This document shows, in pieces, positions 23,801 to 35,700 of a stretch of DNA of 64,000 nucleotides (positions are counted from its first letter, which is position 1; the number at the start of each line of letters is the position of its first letter). The stretch spans positions 514,619,675 to 514,683,674 of the forward strand of contig NC_133618.1 in NCBI RefSeq assembly GCF_048593235.1, read 5' to 3'. Source of the DNA: Sminthopsis crassicaudata (taxonomy: Eukaryota). The notes beneath the pieces were generated by a model. That model ran no database searches, had not been told where the DNA came from, and saw only the letters and a program-made list of their open reading frames with translations. The translations under genes and the position numbers were made by a program.

Positions 23801-24281
23801 CTAAGAAATGAAGAGTGAGGAGACTAAGAGATCAAACAAAACCAAGGTATGGGATCAAGAAATCCCCGGGGGAAGCTGTAAGACAGAGGGAACGGAGAGC
23901 CCCGAAGGTCAGAGGTCAAAGGGGACCAGAGGGAGGTCTGGATCAGAGATCGGGCGGTATAGGGGAAGGGCAGTGCTTTTAACAAACTCGGGGAATTTTG
24001 GCACCGCTCGGGGAAGGGGGGGGGGGCTCTCACCTGCGGGTCGGGAGCGTGGGCCATCAGCTCGCACAAGGCGGGCACCGCGCCGGGGTTCTGGAGAGCG
24101 GCCCGGAGCTGTTCCGTGGCCTGGGGAGAAGCGGGAGGACACGGCGGGTCTCAGGCCCCCGGAGTCCCTCTTCCCTCGGGCCCCGCCCTACCCCGGGGGC
24201 CCCATCCCGTACCCGGCGGATTCGCTCTGTGTCCGGCAGAAGCAATTCCCGCAAGATCCGATCCAGCTCCCCGGGATCCAT
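8841..24281 (-). CDS. IPO4: Importin-4 (30 exons, ~1082 aa)
   Basis: N-terminus MDPGELDRILRELLLPDTERIRR; HEAT-repeat segments match IPO4 throughout; C-terminus ETKAALLLLLTHLAQQH...KAQELQAVLSPT*. Exons 5'->3': 24213-24281, 24034-24120, 23361-23440, 23238-23279, 22426-22555, 22121-22300, 21615-21680, 21408-21509, 21239-21322, 20719-20883, 20491-20544, 20027-20136, 19686-19794, 19343-19472, 18798-18911, 18539-18652, 18092-18212, 17752-17863, 17525-17646, 11884-11961, 11750-11807, 11544-11649, 11245-11438, 11071-11118, 10443-10568, 10089-10297, 9523-9655, 9290-9394, 9093-9162, 8841-8971 (3249 nt). Confidence 0.97.
9656..10088 (-). other. U12-type (minor spliceosome) GT-AG intron, IPO4 intron 26
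   Basis: Donor GTATCCTC; branch point TTCCTTGAC (9674-9666) 10 nt from the CCTAG acceptor; no long polypyrimidine tract after the branch site. Confidence 0.85.
9745..9890 (+). mobile_element. MIR/CORE-SINE inside the IPO4 U12 intron
   Basis: agagcactggactgggaatcagaag...ttttggtttcctcatctgtaaaatgaggggg is a MIR core. Confidence 0.75.
13400..14240 (+). mobile_element. Degenerate LINE-1 ORF1 remnant in IPO4 intron 19
   Basis: A-rich tract with a broken frame resembling the L1 ORF1p C-terminus (RF-QKAR..LQLRIVNPAKLNIILQ, compare LQPRITYPAKLS), followed by ..TRIKKLIKVN-like terminal sequence; many stops. Boundaries are approximate. Confidence 0.7.
14860..15330 (+). mobile_element. Old marsupial L1 3' end fragments
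   Basis: tataattatttgttataat...aaaaagcaagtgatattaaatggacactcagtttcacaggcaatc...tatgtatatggaaaa followed by A runs, typical of recalled marsupial L1 tails. Confidence 0.55.
16270..17205 (+). mobile_element. L2 LINE 3' fragment in IPO4 intron 19
   Basis: aatgactccccagtttac...caattcaaactcaacatgtgc..., ending in tatgagctccttcagggtaggg...caataaatgccaattgaattg (L2 tail). Confidence 0.75.
21805..21908 (+). mobile_element. L2 3' tail
   Basis: tgagctccttgaggacaag...tttgtatccccagcacttagcacagtg...ataaatgtttattgactgac. Confidence 0.8.
22770..23075 (+). mobile_element. Relatively young L1 3' UTR fragment (dasyurid-type) in IPO4 intron 4
   Basis: aaataactgtttggacaggtatacatatattgtatttaa...atttaacatgtattgg...cctgccatctggggggagggg...gttggaacaaaagg...aaattaccca.gcat...gtaaataaaaagctat, matching the recalled L1 3' UTR with G-rich tract and polyA signal. 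Confidence 0.75.
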
Positions 24282-24620
24282 GGCAGCAGAGGTAGCGGCT
24301 GCCTGCTGGGACCAGAGAAAGGGGGAGGGGCTGCACGTGGAGACACTGACACCCGCTTCCAGCGGAAGCGGCGCACGCACTTCCTGCAGAGACTACCCAT
24401 CCTACTTCCGGCAAAAGAACCGAACTGTTCGCCCCCCAGCGTGCGGCGGGAGCACTGCGCCCTGCTTTGGAAAACAGGGAGCTAGGGCGGCTGAGGGAGG
24501 ATGACTATGGTCGAGAACCAGACCGCCTTAAGGCCACGATCTCTCCACAGCGCCCCCGCTGGCTCAGAGCCTGCAGCCTTGGTCTCCTCCCCCCACCCAG
24601 TCCTGCCCGCTCCGCCTTCT
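24282..24620 (-). promoter_or_regulatory. IPO4 promoter/5' UTR within a CpG island (~23280-25400)
   Basis: High CpG density; ETS/GABP-type CCGGAAGT (24414-24407) plus further GGAAG motifs at 24363-24385. Confidence 0.7.
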
Positions 24621-24648
24621 GAGGCAGCGTGGTGGTTTCTTAACAAAC

Positions 24649-24654
24649 TTTATT
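24649..24654 (-). terminator. TM9SF1 polyA signal
   Basis: TTTATT on + (AATAAA on -), ~320 nt after the TM9SF1 stop. Confidence 0.7.
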
Positions 24655-24976
24655 GTGACAGTCGTAAAAAGAAAATCATTGGAACCAAAACGAAAAGCAA
24701 ATTAAAAATTCTAATATATAAGTCCTTCTATATATAGATATTCATAGATATTTATAGACTTGTAGGGCCTCTCCCCAAGGGGCTCGGAGACCGGCTCAAA
24801 GAGCGCGCTGCAGCGGGAGGGGGCTGGAGCCAGGCCACTTGACAGGACCCCCTCCCACCCTGCCTCCTCCGCCCGCTGTCCCTTCCCTCTTCCCCGGGGG
24901 GCGGAGGGCTGGCTCTGGGAAGGGGCAGCAAGCCATTCCAGCAGCAGAGGGCCCAGGGTTGGGCGTCGCTTGGAAC

Positions 24977-27900
24977 TCAGTCCATCTTGAGGTTGACATA
25001 GATGTAGCGGATGAACTTGAGGGAAGAGAAGAAGGAGATGGTGCCCAGCATGAGGAAGAAGACATAGGCCGTGAGGAAGGAGTAGCCAAAGAACTCCACG
25101 GTCTGCACGGCACCCGACATGTTGGAGCGCCGAGCGTAGTAGAAGACAGAGTAGAAGAAGATGAAGAGGCCCGTGGAGCCCACACTGAGCACGGAGCGCC
25201 ACCACCAGCGGTAGTCCTCCCCCGAGAGCTGGAAGTAGGTGAGGGCGATGGAGATGCAGGCACCCACGCTCAGCAGGATGGCGAAGACGAAGAAGAGGAT
25301 GCCATAGAGCGTGTATTGCTCGCGGCCCCACACGGTGGCGAAGATGTAGTAGAGCTCCACCGAGATGGCACTGCCAGGAGAGACCGAGGATCAGGGCATG
25401 CAGCTGCCCGGGGCTTCTCCCACTCCCACCCAGGTCATTTCAGGAGGCCACTTTGGGCTCCCCTTTTTGATACCCCATGTAATCCCTACTCATGGGCTTA
25501 TTGGTCCCACCTTTGATCTATAAATTATAACAGGCTTTGGTAACAACAGGAGAAAATAAAATCAGAAATGAGAAGTTCCCTATGATGACAGAAGTAATGT
25601 AACAGATACACAATAAATCTCTAGAAAGCTTTAAAAAAAAATTGGAAATGTTCTCTGTAGGATAGAGCCAGATTATCTCTGAGGCTGAGCTAAGTTGTAG
25701 GGAATCGGGGCCCTGGAGGGTGGGAAGTGTAAATACCTGAAGGGCAAGAAGCCACCAATGGTCATGTGGACAACAGTAGACTTGTACCAGGGCTGGGGCG
25801 GGATCTCCCGGGCTATATTCTTGGTCCGGCAGGGGGCATCAAAAGGAGTGGCATTGTTCTTACCAAAGATGCCACCTATGACAGTGAGAGGGAAGCCCAC
25901 CAGGAGCCAGACTGTTAGCAGCAACAGGATGGTAGTGGCTGGAAGTGCTTGTGTCGATCCATTGGCCCAATGCACAGAATTCACCACACTCCAAGTCAGG
26001 AAGAAAGGCACTGCAGGGATGGGGCCCCAGGAGAGTAGAGTCAGCATTGGAAGTCACATTCTTGGGGAGACTCACTTAGACTGGACCTGAAGGGGGAAGA
26101 GGGGGAACTAACCTGCCATTCTAGCCCTAGATTTCTATATGAACCTAGTCCCCACCACCACCACTCAATTTTCCAATTATCCTTACTCTTGGTCTTGTGT
26201 CCAACTCAACAGGAGTCTCAATAACAGGGCCAAGTCTTTCTATATGGGATGATTTAAGAGATGAGTATTGTTCCTGAATTCTTCCCACTTTTGACCAAAG
26301 TCTGATATTATATCCATAATTGAAAGTATTTGAATTAAGGCATTGTTCAAAACAAATAGTAACTATGAGAGATGGTTACCCTCTATCACCTGTTATTAAA
26401 AATCATGAGCTGGTATCTATATAATGCTTTGAAGTTTGCAAAATGTCTTATGTTATCTAGTTTGATCTTTACAACTCGGTGAAATAGGTGCTATTATCAT
26501 GCCCATTTTATAGATAAGGAACTGATGCTGAGAGATGTTAAGTGATTTGTTCAGATCACAGGGCTAGTGGGACAAAATTTGAAGTCACTCAGGTTTTCCT
26601 GACTCCAAGATTATCCATTGTAACACCACAATTACAATATCAAGAATGAGGCCTTATATAAGAAATGGGACATTTTGATTATTAGACTCTTAGATATACA
26701 AAACCATAAGAATTCTGAGGGCAGGGACTTTTGTTTTACCACAGTATAGTTCCAAATCTATTCTCCTATAATCATCTCAATGCTAAGAAGACCACTAAGA
26801 AAAGTAAGTTTGCAATACATTCCTGTTGAACTAGAGACTAGAAAAGTTCAGAATTTAGACTAGGGCCCTGAAGGGCAGGCCTGTTTGGGGTATTGTAGTG
26901 AAGGTCCAGTAGCTATCATATAACAAATATGTAAGCATTCTCCTACAGGGGAAAACACTGTAAAAATAAACAAACAAACAAAACCCTTTTATACAAATTT
27001 GTCTCAGGCCAACCCTCCTTTAAAGCCCATTTTGGCCCAAACCAGGGTGAGTGAAGTTCTCACCAGAGAAGAGGCTGGTGGTGAGAATGATGTTCCAGAC
27101 CCAGCGCTCGCCTCCAATCTGCCGGTAGAAGTGGCTGGACACATAGCCAGAAATGCAACAGGTCAGGGCGTACAGCAAGATGGCTGCTGAGTTGATGGCG
27201 CCGTGCCGGTGCACATTGAACATGCCCAGCAGGGCCATGACGATGATGCCTACAGGGTAATAGTGTGAAGCCTGTATTAGATCTTCCCTATCCAAATCAA
27301 CCTTTCCCCTTATTCATACAGGAACTCCAATGGAAGAATTTGTTCCCTCTTACCCCCTCTAAACGAAACTACCAATTTTTGTATTAAACCTGTAAACCCA
27401 TAGGTGGAACATGCTTTGCAGCTCTCCTGTTTTTCAGGGAGAAGAACCAAATACTTCCCAATAAGAGTACCATAATTTGAGTTGCCGAGGCCAAGCCACC
27501 TCCCCCATCACCTTATGAATAGAGCCAAGAGCCCTAAATTGCCTCACTTTCTAGGTCTTCCTTAGCTGGATCAACAGTCCCATTCCCTAGGGAGATATCT
27601 TTAGTTGGTCCTGTTCCCCTCACCAGTGCCAAGGGCCAGGAACTGGGCACCCACACCAAGCACAGCACAGAGCAGACCACGACATGGGGGAAAGCGGAAA
27701 ACATCAGTGTGGATAATCTTCCAGCCATTGTCACCCTGGTCAAAGTCATCAGTGGAACTACCAGAGTTTGGCTCCTCATCCAAATTGTAGCGGGCTAAGT
27801 CATTACGAAGGACCCGCATGAGGATGACGGCTACAAATCCCACCAGTAGAAACACCAGCACCATAGAGTTGATAATAGACAGCCAGTGGATCTCCAGGGT

Positions 27901-29432
27901 TCGAGGGAAGAATCCACCATCATCACCATGGTGCCTGTCGCCCCGACGTTCTGCTGAAGTCTCAGACCAGTGCACACTGTAAGTGTGAGTGAGGTCCAGA
28001 GGCTCTTCAGGCCGCACCACATCCAAGCTATGAGGTTTGACATCGCGAACTGAGACATTGGCAAAAACAATTCGATCCCCATGAAATTCAAGGTGAAAAT
28101 CCAGGTGAGTCCAGAGTCCTATCTTGTGACTATGTGGAAGGAAACCACTCTCTTCCATGTAGCCCACAAAGCCACGAATTGGCAGGTCATCCACTACAAA
28201 TTCAAAGTAGTATAATTCCTCAATGGCCTGGCGTAGCCGTTCAACCTATGAAAGATAGATAGCATTGGACAAGATCCTCTCAGGAACAGGGTGGCGGAGG
28301 ATATGATAATCAGTCCATTCTCCTGAGGATCCTCCAGAAGGGTGGAAATGACATTATGGTACTATATAAAAAAAGGTGAGACCAAGTTTCCTTATGGTCT
28401 GAATGCTGCCTTAAAACGGGACTTGCTAGAGAGAAAATATGGAAGAGGGTAGATATGAAGAAAAGGAACTGACAGCAGGCAGCACAGTGGATAGTGTGAT
28501 AAATCTGGAGTCAGAAGGAACCGAATCCAAATCTAGTTTCAAACACCTACTAGCTGGGTAGCCCTAGACAGATCCATAAGACCCCACTTCAGTTTCCCCA
28601 CTTGTAAAATGTGTATGATAGCACCTATCTAGGCTTGAGGCAAGGACAAAACGAGATATTTGTAAAGCTCTTTGGGGTTATGTAAGTGCTATATGCATGC
28701 TAGCTATTCCTATTATAAGGAATTTGTTGGATGAAACAACCTATTTGAGAATGAAAGATAAAATATTATTGCAAATAAAAAATAAAACTAGAATAAAAAT
28801 TCCTACCCTCACTAGCTTACAGCAAAGCTTCTAAACTGAGTTGTAATCCCACACGGGGTCACTTAACTGAATGTGTTGCCATCCGCAGATATTTGATTTG
28901 TGTACCTATTTTACACGTATACCTGAAATTGTATAAAAATCTTTGGGGAAAAGGGGTTGCAAGTGGGAAAAGTTTAAGAAGCCCTGCCATACAGGATGAT
29001 TATGGGGAAAAACACTTTGAAGATGAGAACATGCTATGAAAGGTAAGGTATCATTTTAACAGGGGAAGAGGTAACCACGGACAAGCTGACCTGGGCAAAA
29101 GTTAGTCGCATCTGGCAGAGAGTCCGTTTCTCAACATTCTCTCGGAAGCGGATCTGGTACATGGACTCGGCCATTCGGTCTCCATCCAACACTTCGCCCA
29201 GGCTGAGGCTCTTGTGCCGGATCTTTTCAGGGGAGCACACAGGCAGCTGGTAGTAGTGGTAGGTCTCCTGGGGGTTGTGGTAAGGCCCCACCTTGTTGAC
29301 ATATAGCATGACTGGGTCTCCAGGCTGGTAGTGGGTCTCGCTGGTCACCCCAGGGACGCGGCCAGAGCCCAAGAGAAGCAGCACGGCCAGCCACAAGCAG
29401 GGCCCGCCCGGAGAGGCGTCCAGAGCTGTCAT
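24977..29432 (-). CDS. TM9SF1: Transmembrane 9 superfamily member 1 (5 coding exons, ~605 aa)
   Basis: Signal peptide then [32 protein letters not shown]; C-terminus [12 protein letters not shown]. Exons 29091-29432, 27624-28245, 27064-27249, 25737-26010, 24977-25370 (1818 nt). The first coding exon starts at 29449; a non-coding exon 1 probably ends at 29958 (donor TAA|GTGAGG). Confidence 0.97.
26415..26620 (-). mobile_element. MIR
   Basis: tattatcatgcccattttatagataaggaactgatgctgagagatgttaagtgatttg, a reversed MIR core. Confidence 0.75.
28470..28715 (+). mobile_element. MIR/marsupial CORE-SINE
   Basis: gcacagtggatagtg...ctggagtcagaagg...cctactagctgggta...cagtttccccacttgtaaaatg. Confidence 0.75.
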
Positions 29433-29829
29433 CCTGAAGGCAGCCTGACCTGGCAGAAAAGTCGCAGCGTCACACGATCTAGCCCGACCCTCTCTTCCCC
29501 ACCACACCTCAGAGCTCGGCCGCTGTCTTGTGCACATAAAGTGAGATGGGCCAGGTCCTGTCCAAAGCCGTCCCAGCTTTGAGCCCCAGAGCCATCATTC
29601 ACCATCTGGGTGAGCTTGGGCACATCACTCCCCTCCCCAGCCTCAGTTTCCTCATGTGTAAATTGAGGATGGGCTGGATGACCTATGTCTCCTTCCAGCT
29701 CAAGTTTGGGGTTCTAAGTAGTCAGAGCTCTCTGTCCAGTCCGGAAAGGCCCTGAGCCCAGCTAGTGAGAACGCGGCCCTTCCTCCCCATTCATAACCAG
29801 GCCTAGCTCGAGGCCAGGGCATCTGTACG

Positions 29830-30530
29830 GCCCTGACCCTCCCCCGACCGCCCCGGGGCAGCCTCCGCGCGCAGCGCCCCCGCCCCGCCCCCGCTCTGTT
29901 TCTATGGAAACTTGACGGCTCTAAACCCTTCCGCCTCCCGAGCCCTGGGGTCCTCACTTAAGGCGGGAGGGGTGACCGAGGCGGCGCCGGCGGCGGCCTC
30001 TGTGGGCCCCTTTACAGCCCAAGGGCTCTTGGTTGGGGTCTTTCCCAGAGCCAGCGGTAGCGGCTCTGGAGAGGTCCTGACGTTCAGTGGACCGCAGAGC
30101 GAGGGGCTGGCCCAGTACTTGCCTGTATCCAGCAGCTACCCTGGCTGCAGCTTTAAACCTGATTCAACATCCTTCTCTCCCACCTTCTCCCCTTCCGCGG
30201 CACCGCCTTTCAGGGGCACTGTCTCGTGGCCAAGCCGGCCTATTTCGGTCTGCGGAGCGGGGTCGGCAGGGGTAAGAGAGAGGGAGTTCTTCCGGCAAGC
30301 TGCCCGGGCAGCCCAGGACACGTCACGATTCCAGGCTTCCGCCCACAGAGGGCGGGGACTTCGCATGCCGCCGCGGCCGGTCGGAGCTTCGGGAGGCCGA
30401 GAAGTCACACCCCCTAGCTGGACTTAAAAGATCGGCGCCCTTCCCCGCACCAGTATTTGTGGGAGGGGTTCTGAATGCCCCCCGCCCAAACCCCTCTGAA
30501 CCGGGCGTTTCTGAAGGCCTGTCGCGGGGC
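29830..30530 (-). promoter_or_regulatory. TM9SF1 CpG-island promoter and non-coding exon 1
   Basis: CpG-rich; GC boxes (GGGGCGGGG); GTGACGTG motif at 30326-30319; upstream of the donor at 29957. Confidence 0.65.
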
Positions 30531-31161
30531 TTTGGTCGGAAATATGGATGATAATGGTTAGGTTGAGGAGGATGTGAAAGAGGGGACCAGGAGAGAGCTG
30601 TTACACCTTCATTTTACAGTCTAGGAAGCCGAGCTCCAGAGATTGAGGGACTGGTAGCAGAGGCTGAATTTGAACCCAGGACTCTTTACTCCAAATCCAG
30701 ACCCTTGATGAGGAGCCTCTCCGGAGCACTCGGGAAAATCTTTACAATCTACTTCCAATAAGTAGGCTGTGCTCCCCCCTCCCCCGAGTTGATGCAGTGG
30801 CTGCTGAAAAAGAAATTGAGACGTATATCTAAATGCGCTGCAATACAGAATATAAGGGAGCAGAAGGGGTGGGAGTAGAAAATCGGAGACCCTGAGAACG
30901 CCGGTGATTTGTGGAGGTGGGCGTTGGCGAAGGGGAATGGCAGGAAACCGCCTGCGAAGCCTAAGCTCCATTGCCTCTCCTCTGGTCATTCTGATCCGAA
31001 CTCTTCTCGGAGATCCCCAGGGTCTGCTCCCCTCAGCCCTCCCATTGATTTCTAATTTCCAAGAACCAAAGGATTGCTTAGGGTTTTCGTGAAAAGCTCA
31101 TGGATGGGTTGAATCGATTCTCTCTCCAGAGAGGAAAGATTATACCACCATCTAAATAGGC

Positions 31162-31189
31162 GGGGGGGGGGGGGGGGGGGGGGGGGGGG
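31162..31189 (+). repeat. G28 homopolymer
   Basis: Seen directly. Confidence 0.9.
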
Positions 31190-32591
31190 AATTGCATACA
31201 CCACGTCGTGCCTTTAATTCAAGCAACAAAAAGCCTGGAAAAATTCATCCCGGTAAATATAAAGAGAAGTGGGAGACGGGAGACAGGAAGAATCCTTTGA
31301 CCGTGATTCTAGTTAAATGCTGAGACATCTTTGTTCAGAGAGACCCATCTAGTGGTTCTACCAGCCCCAGACATTGGGTATTTGCTCAGAGAAGAACTTG
31401 AGACTTTTCTATAAAACTCAAATCACCCACAGAACTTTCTCTCCTCCTCTTCTGGAGATAAATGGGTGGTTAGAGTACAACTCTACATTGGACTACTGTG
31501 GGGGATGGGGCTAAAAGTCACCAATTCCAATTCACCAGTGTACACTCAGCCTTTTCCAGTCTTAATCCTAGTACCTGCAGGTTTCAGCTCTCCATATGTA
31601 ATGCTCCTGAAGGCTTGCTAAACAAATGATAGCTGTTACAGTCAGCCAAGGATGGGAGATAGAATCATCCTGATCTCCCTTCTGTACATATGGAGAAAGC
31701 AAGACTGCCCTCTGAGATGAGTGAGGCTTCTTTACTTACAGATAGCTTCATATTGCACTGTGGGCTCTAGCCCTCTTCCTGCATGGGACTATTTCCTTTC
31801 TAGCACCTTTCTCCTCAAGCATAAGATTAGAGAAGACCTAGTGATTGGTTATCCTCATTCAAATGGTTCTTAGGCAACCACCCACTTTCTGGAATTGGGA
31901 ATATGACCAACATAAGAATTTAGGGTTCTAGGCCCAGCAGGGATAACTATTTTAGTATTTGTAATTTTACTTGATGACTTATACAGTAATGTGTATGTGA
32001 AGTTTTCCAGACTACTGCTCTTAGAAAAAGTTATAGTTAAGGGTAGGAAGGGACCTAAGACATGTCATCTAACCCACTCATTTTATAGATGAAGAACTTG
32101 GAACCTTGAGAGGGACAATTAAATAGTACAGCTACTCTGTTCTGCTGAGTCCTAAATCTACTGTTATATTGTATCTCCTTGAGCTGCCTTACTGAGAAAG
32201 AACATCCTCTCTCTCTCCAGCATACCTCTGCAGCTGCCTTTATTTCCTCCCAAATCCCTTTGAAAAGACTGACAATGGCCATCCGGGTTTTTATAGATTA
32301 TCATGAACTTGACATAAGAGTAATGAAGTATCAGTGGTGGTACCTCACCTGGAGCTTGCCAAGGCCCCTGCAGGTTCCCAAGCCATGCTTCCTCCTTGCG
32401 CTACATGGCCGGTAAGTGGGTGGAGAACAGATTGTGATGTGTGCGGAACATGGGAACTGAAGGAATTCCGTAACCAGGAGGAGGAAGAAGGAACAACAGC
32501 TACTGGAGACAAAAAGAGCAGTCCATCCCTCCTCCTTCCTCTCCCCCTCCAAGTTCCTATTAGACAACAAAGCCCTGTGCCCCAGCCGGGG

Positions 32592-32599
32592 TATATATA
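32592..32599 (+). promoter_or_regulatory. Candidate TATA box for TSSK4
   Basis: TATATATA in a GC-rich context ~190 nt upstream of the in-frame ATG. Confidence 0.45.
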
Positions 32600-32788
32600 C
32601 AGGCAAGCATTTGGGGGCCAGCTTCATTTCGGCGCCGCAGCCCCCAGCGGCCAAGGGCGTCAGCCTCCCTGGACGAGAAAGTCAGGCTAGGTGAACATTC
32701 CCCTCCGCTCGCCAATGTTACTGTTACTAAGGGGCGAGGGGATGTCACCCAGGCACCAAAACAGTCAACAACAGCCCACCGCTCTGTC

Positions 32789-35700
32789 ATGGAAGAGTAT
32801 GGCTATGAAGTAGGGAAGGTGATTGGTAATGGCTCTTACGGCACGGTCTATGAGGCCTACTACACTAAGCAAAAAGTCCATGTTGCTGTCAAGATCATCT
32901 CTAAAAAGAAAGCCTCTGAGGACTATCTTAACAAGTTCCTGCCCCGTGAGATCCAGGTGGGGATGGGAGAGGGAGGCAAGTTTGGAGGGTCAGGCTATTG
33001 GGGCCTTCATCAAGATGGGGCTAAGTGTACCAGAGCCTCCCCAAAACAGGGCTGTAACTTATCCAAGATCCAGTCATTCAACACGGTCATTAGCCTAACC
33101 TAGATAACCTAATTCCAAGATCAGCATTCTCTCCAAGATAACCATGTTGATTCCCTCAAATGCCATCTTCTTGAGGAAGCCTTCCCCCCATTCAGCAATG
33201 ACCTCGCCACTTGTACCTCCCATAGGATTTTGTTTCACACCACACTAATGTACTTATCATAGATGAGACAGTGCTCTTTCTTGGAGTTACCTACTACAGG
33301 GATAAGATATAAACAATCATAGTAATCGCTAAGTTTTATATAGTACCTACTATGTGCCAGGAACTCTGCTAAATGCTTTATAAATATCTTATTTGATCTT
33401 CATAACAACCCTGCTAGGTAAGTGTTCTTTTTTCTCATTTTTACAGTTGAAGAAATTGAGGCAAATAAGGTTAAGCAATTTGCTTTGGATCACCTAGCCA
33501 ATAAGTATCTGAGATCAGATGTGAACTCAGGCTTCTGGCCTCCAGGCCCAGCGCCATAGTCACTGTGCTATCTAAGTAAACTTCCCTCTATCACATACAA
33601 TAAATTACACAATTTATGCATAATGAATGCATCATTATATTGGATTCCAAACTGAGTTCTGAATTCCAATTTTGCCATTGATACTTATTTGCTGTGTGAC
33701 CTTGTGTGGACTATTTAATCTTTCTGACTTTAGGCTTATTTATAAAATGGGGATGACCCAATCCATAGTATTATCACCTCAGAGGGTAGTTACTCAGATC
33801 AAGTGGGATGATAATGTAAAGTACTTTGATAACTTTAAAATTCATCCACTAATTGATGTTAATGATTACATTATTGAAGTAATTTATAAAGGATGGGTAG
33901 GAATTGAATTAAACAAGATGGGGGAGGTAATAGGTTAAGGGGTAAAAGGAGGCTGGGGACAAGTCATCTGATTAGAATTTAGAATGAAAAAAATTTGAGA
34001 TAAGATGAAAGAGCTAAGGTGATATCTTGAAGGCCAAAAGAGCTAGAATTTTGCCCAGGAGGCAAAAGAGTCATTTAGGATTTGTAAGCAAAGTATTAAG
34101 TCTATGAATATAGATTATTATTCTAATAATAATATGAAGGATAGGTTGTGGAGAGGGGAGAAATGGATGCAGAAAGACCTACTAGACAGTAATCTTAGGA
34201 GTCTGATAGGGTGATAATGTAGTAGGAAACCCTTGTACTAGGAAAATGGCAATAGTAATAGAAAAGAGGGCATGGATCCAACAGTGTTGCAAATATGAAA
34301 TCAAAATAATTTAGTAACTAATTAGATATGAAAGGTGGGTGAGAGAGGAGCAGGAGAGAGAACACTGTGAACATGGAAGGCAGGATGAAGGCTAAAACAA
34401 AGTCAGAAGAAAGAATGGGGTTTAGGGAGAAAGATAATAAGCTTATCTTTGGATGTATTGAATGTAACAAGGCATTCTGGTGAGTTGCACTTGAGAAGTC
34501 CTTTGCAGAGAGGCTATGGGAGGCCTTGGGAGAGAATGAATTTGGCAAGAAGAGCAGAGGGTCAACAAGAAACTTTCGAGAGAGATACACATGAAGGGGT
34601 TAAGGAGAAGAGGGACAAAATCAGAGAAGTGGTTAGGGTGGATAGAAGAAAAAGCAAGAGATGATCTATGAATCCATAGCAGAAGAGAATATGCAGTAAG
34701 AGGGGATAGTTAGTTGGGCCAAAAGCAGCAGTGAACTGCTTTCCAGAGACTGGAAAGTAGCCATTGGATTTGGTGATATGTAGGTGACTTGAAATGGAAG
34801 GAAACCTGATTGCAGGGGATTTAGGAGAGTGATGAAGCAGAGGCATTTGGTACAAACGCCACTGATTCCAGGCAGTGTTTGATCCTCTCTCCATTCCAAT
34901 ACAACCCTCTCTCCTTTGCCAAAAGGAAAGGAGCCTAAAATACTGACACAGCCCAATTAGTTCACCTCTGCAAAGCATTTGCCTCTGCTTCATGAAGTCT
35001 GATGGCCTGAGTTGTATTTTACCACCTACTCTTAACTGTCTAACTCACTTCTCTGACCCCGTTTCCTCATTTGTAAAATGGTATCATCCCTCTCTCCCTG
35101 GTTAATAAGGTTATTCTGAGATTCAGATAAGATCTAGGTAAGTAAAAGAGCGTGGTTAAGCTATAGTCTTATATAAATACAAGAAATCACTACTGTTAAT
35201 AACTTAGCTATGAAAGGGAAGGAAAGTGTTGAGAGTCAAGCCATGAGCTCTCCCCTGCCAGGTCTGATGAACTCCATTCCTTGGGACCAGGTAATGAAAG
35301 TTTCGCGGCACAAGTACCTAATCAACTTCTACCAGGCCATTGAGACCACATCTCGTGTGTATATGATCCTAGAGCTGGCTCAGGGGGGCGATGTTCTTGA
35401 GTGGATCCAGCGCTATGGGGCTTGCTCTGAGTCCCTTGCCGGCAAGTGGTTCTCCCAGCTCACCCTAGGCATCGCTTACCTGCATAGCAAGGGCATCGTG
35501 CACCGGTGAGGGCACTGCCATCTGGGACTTTTTGGCTCCCAGAGGGGGGTGGTCTCACTGCAGCTTACCTAGCCTCCTTTCTATTAACCTATTCCCCGCC
35601 AAAATACATGCCTATCTCCTGCCTTAACTCCCTTCTCACCATTCTCCCCACAAACTAGGCTAGTCTCTCCCTCTCCATCGATCTGTTTTAGACATTTAGA

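Noticed and set aside
23808-24504. Several overlapping 77-225 aa ORFs
   Set aside because: Stop-poor CpG island around IPO4 exons 1-2; Arg/Gly/Pro-rich translations typical of GC-rich non-coding frames.
24711-25516. 206-, 155- and 225-aa ORFs over the TM9SF1 last exon
   Set aside because: Alternative-frame and antisense shadows of a high-GC3 exon.
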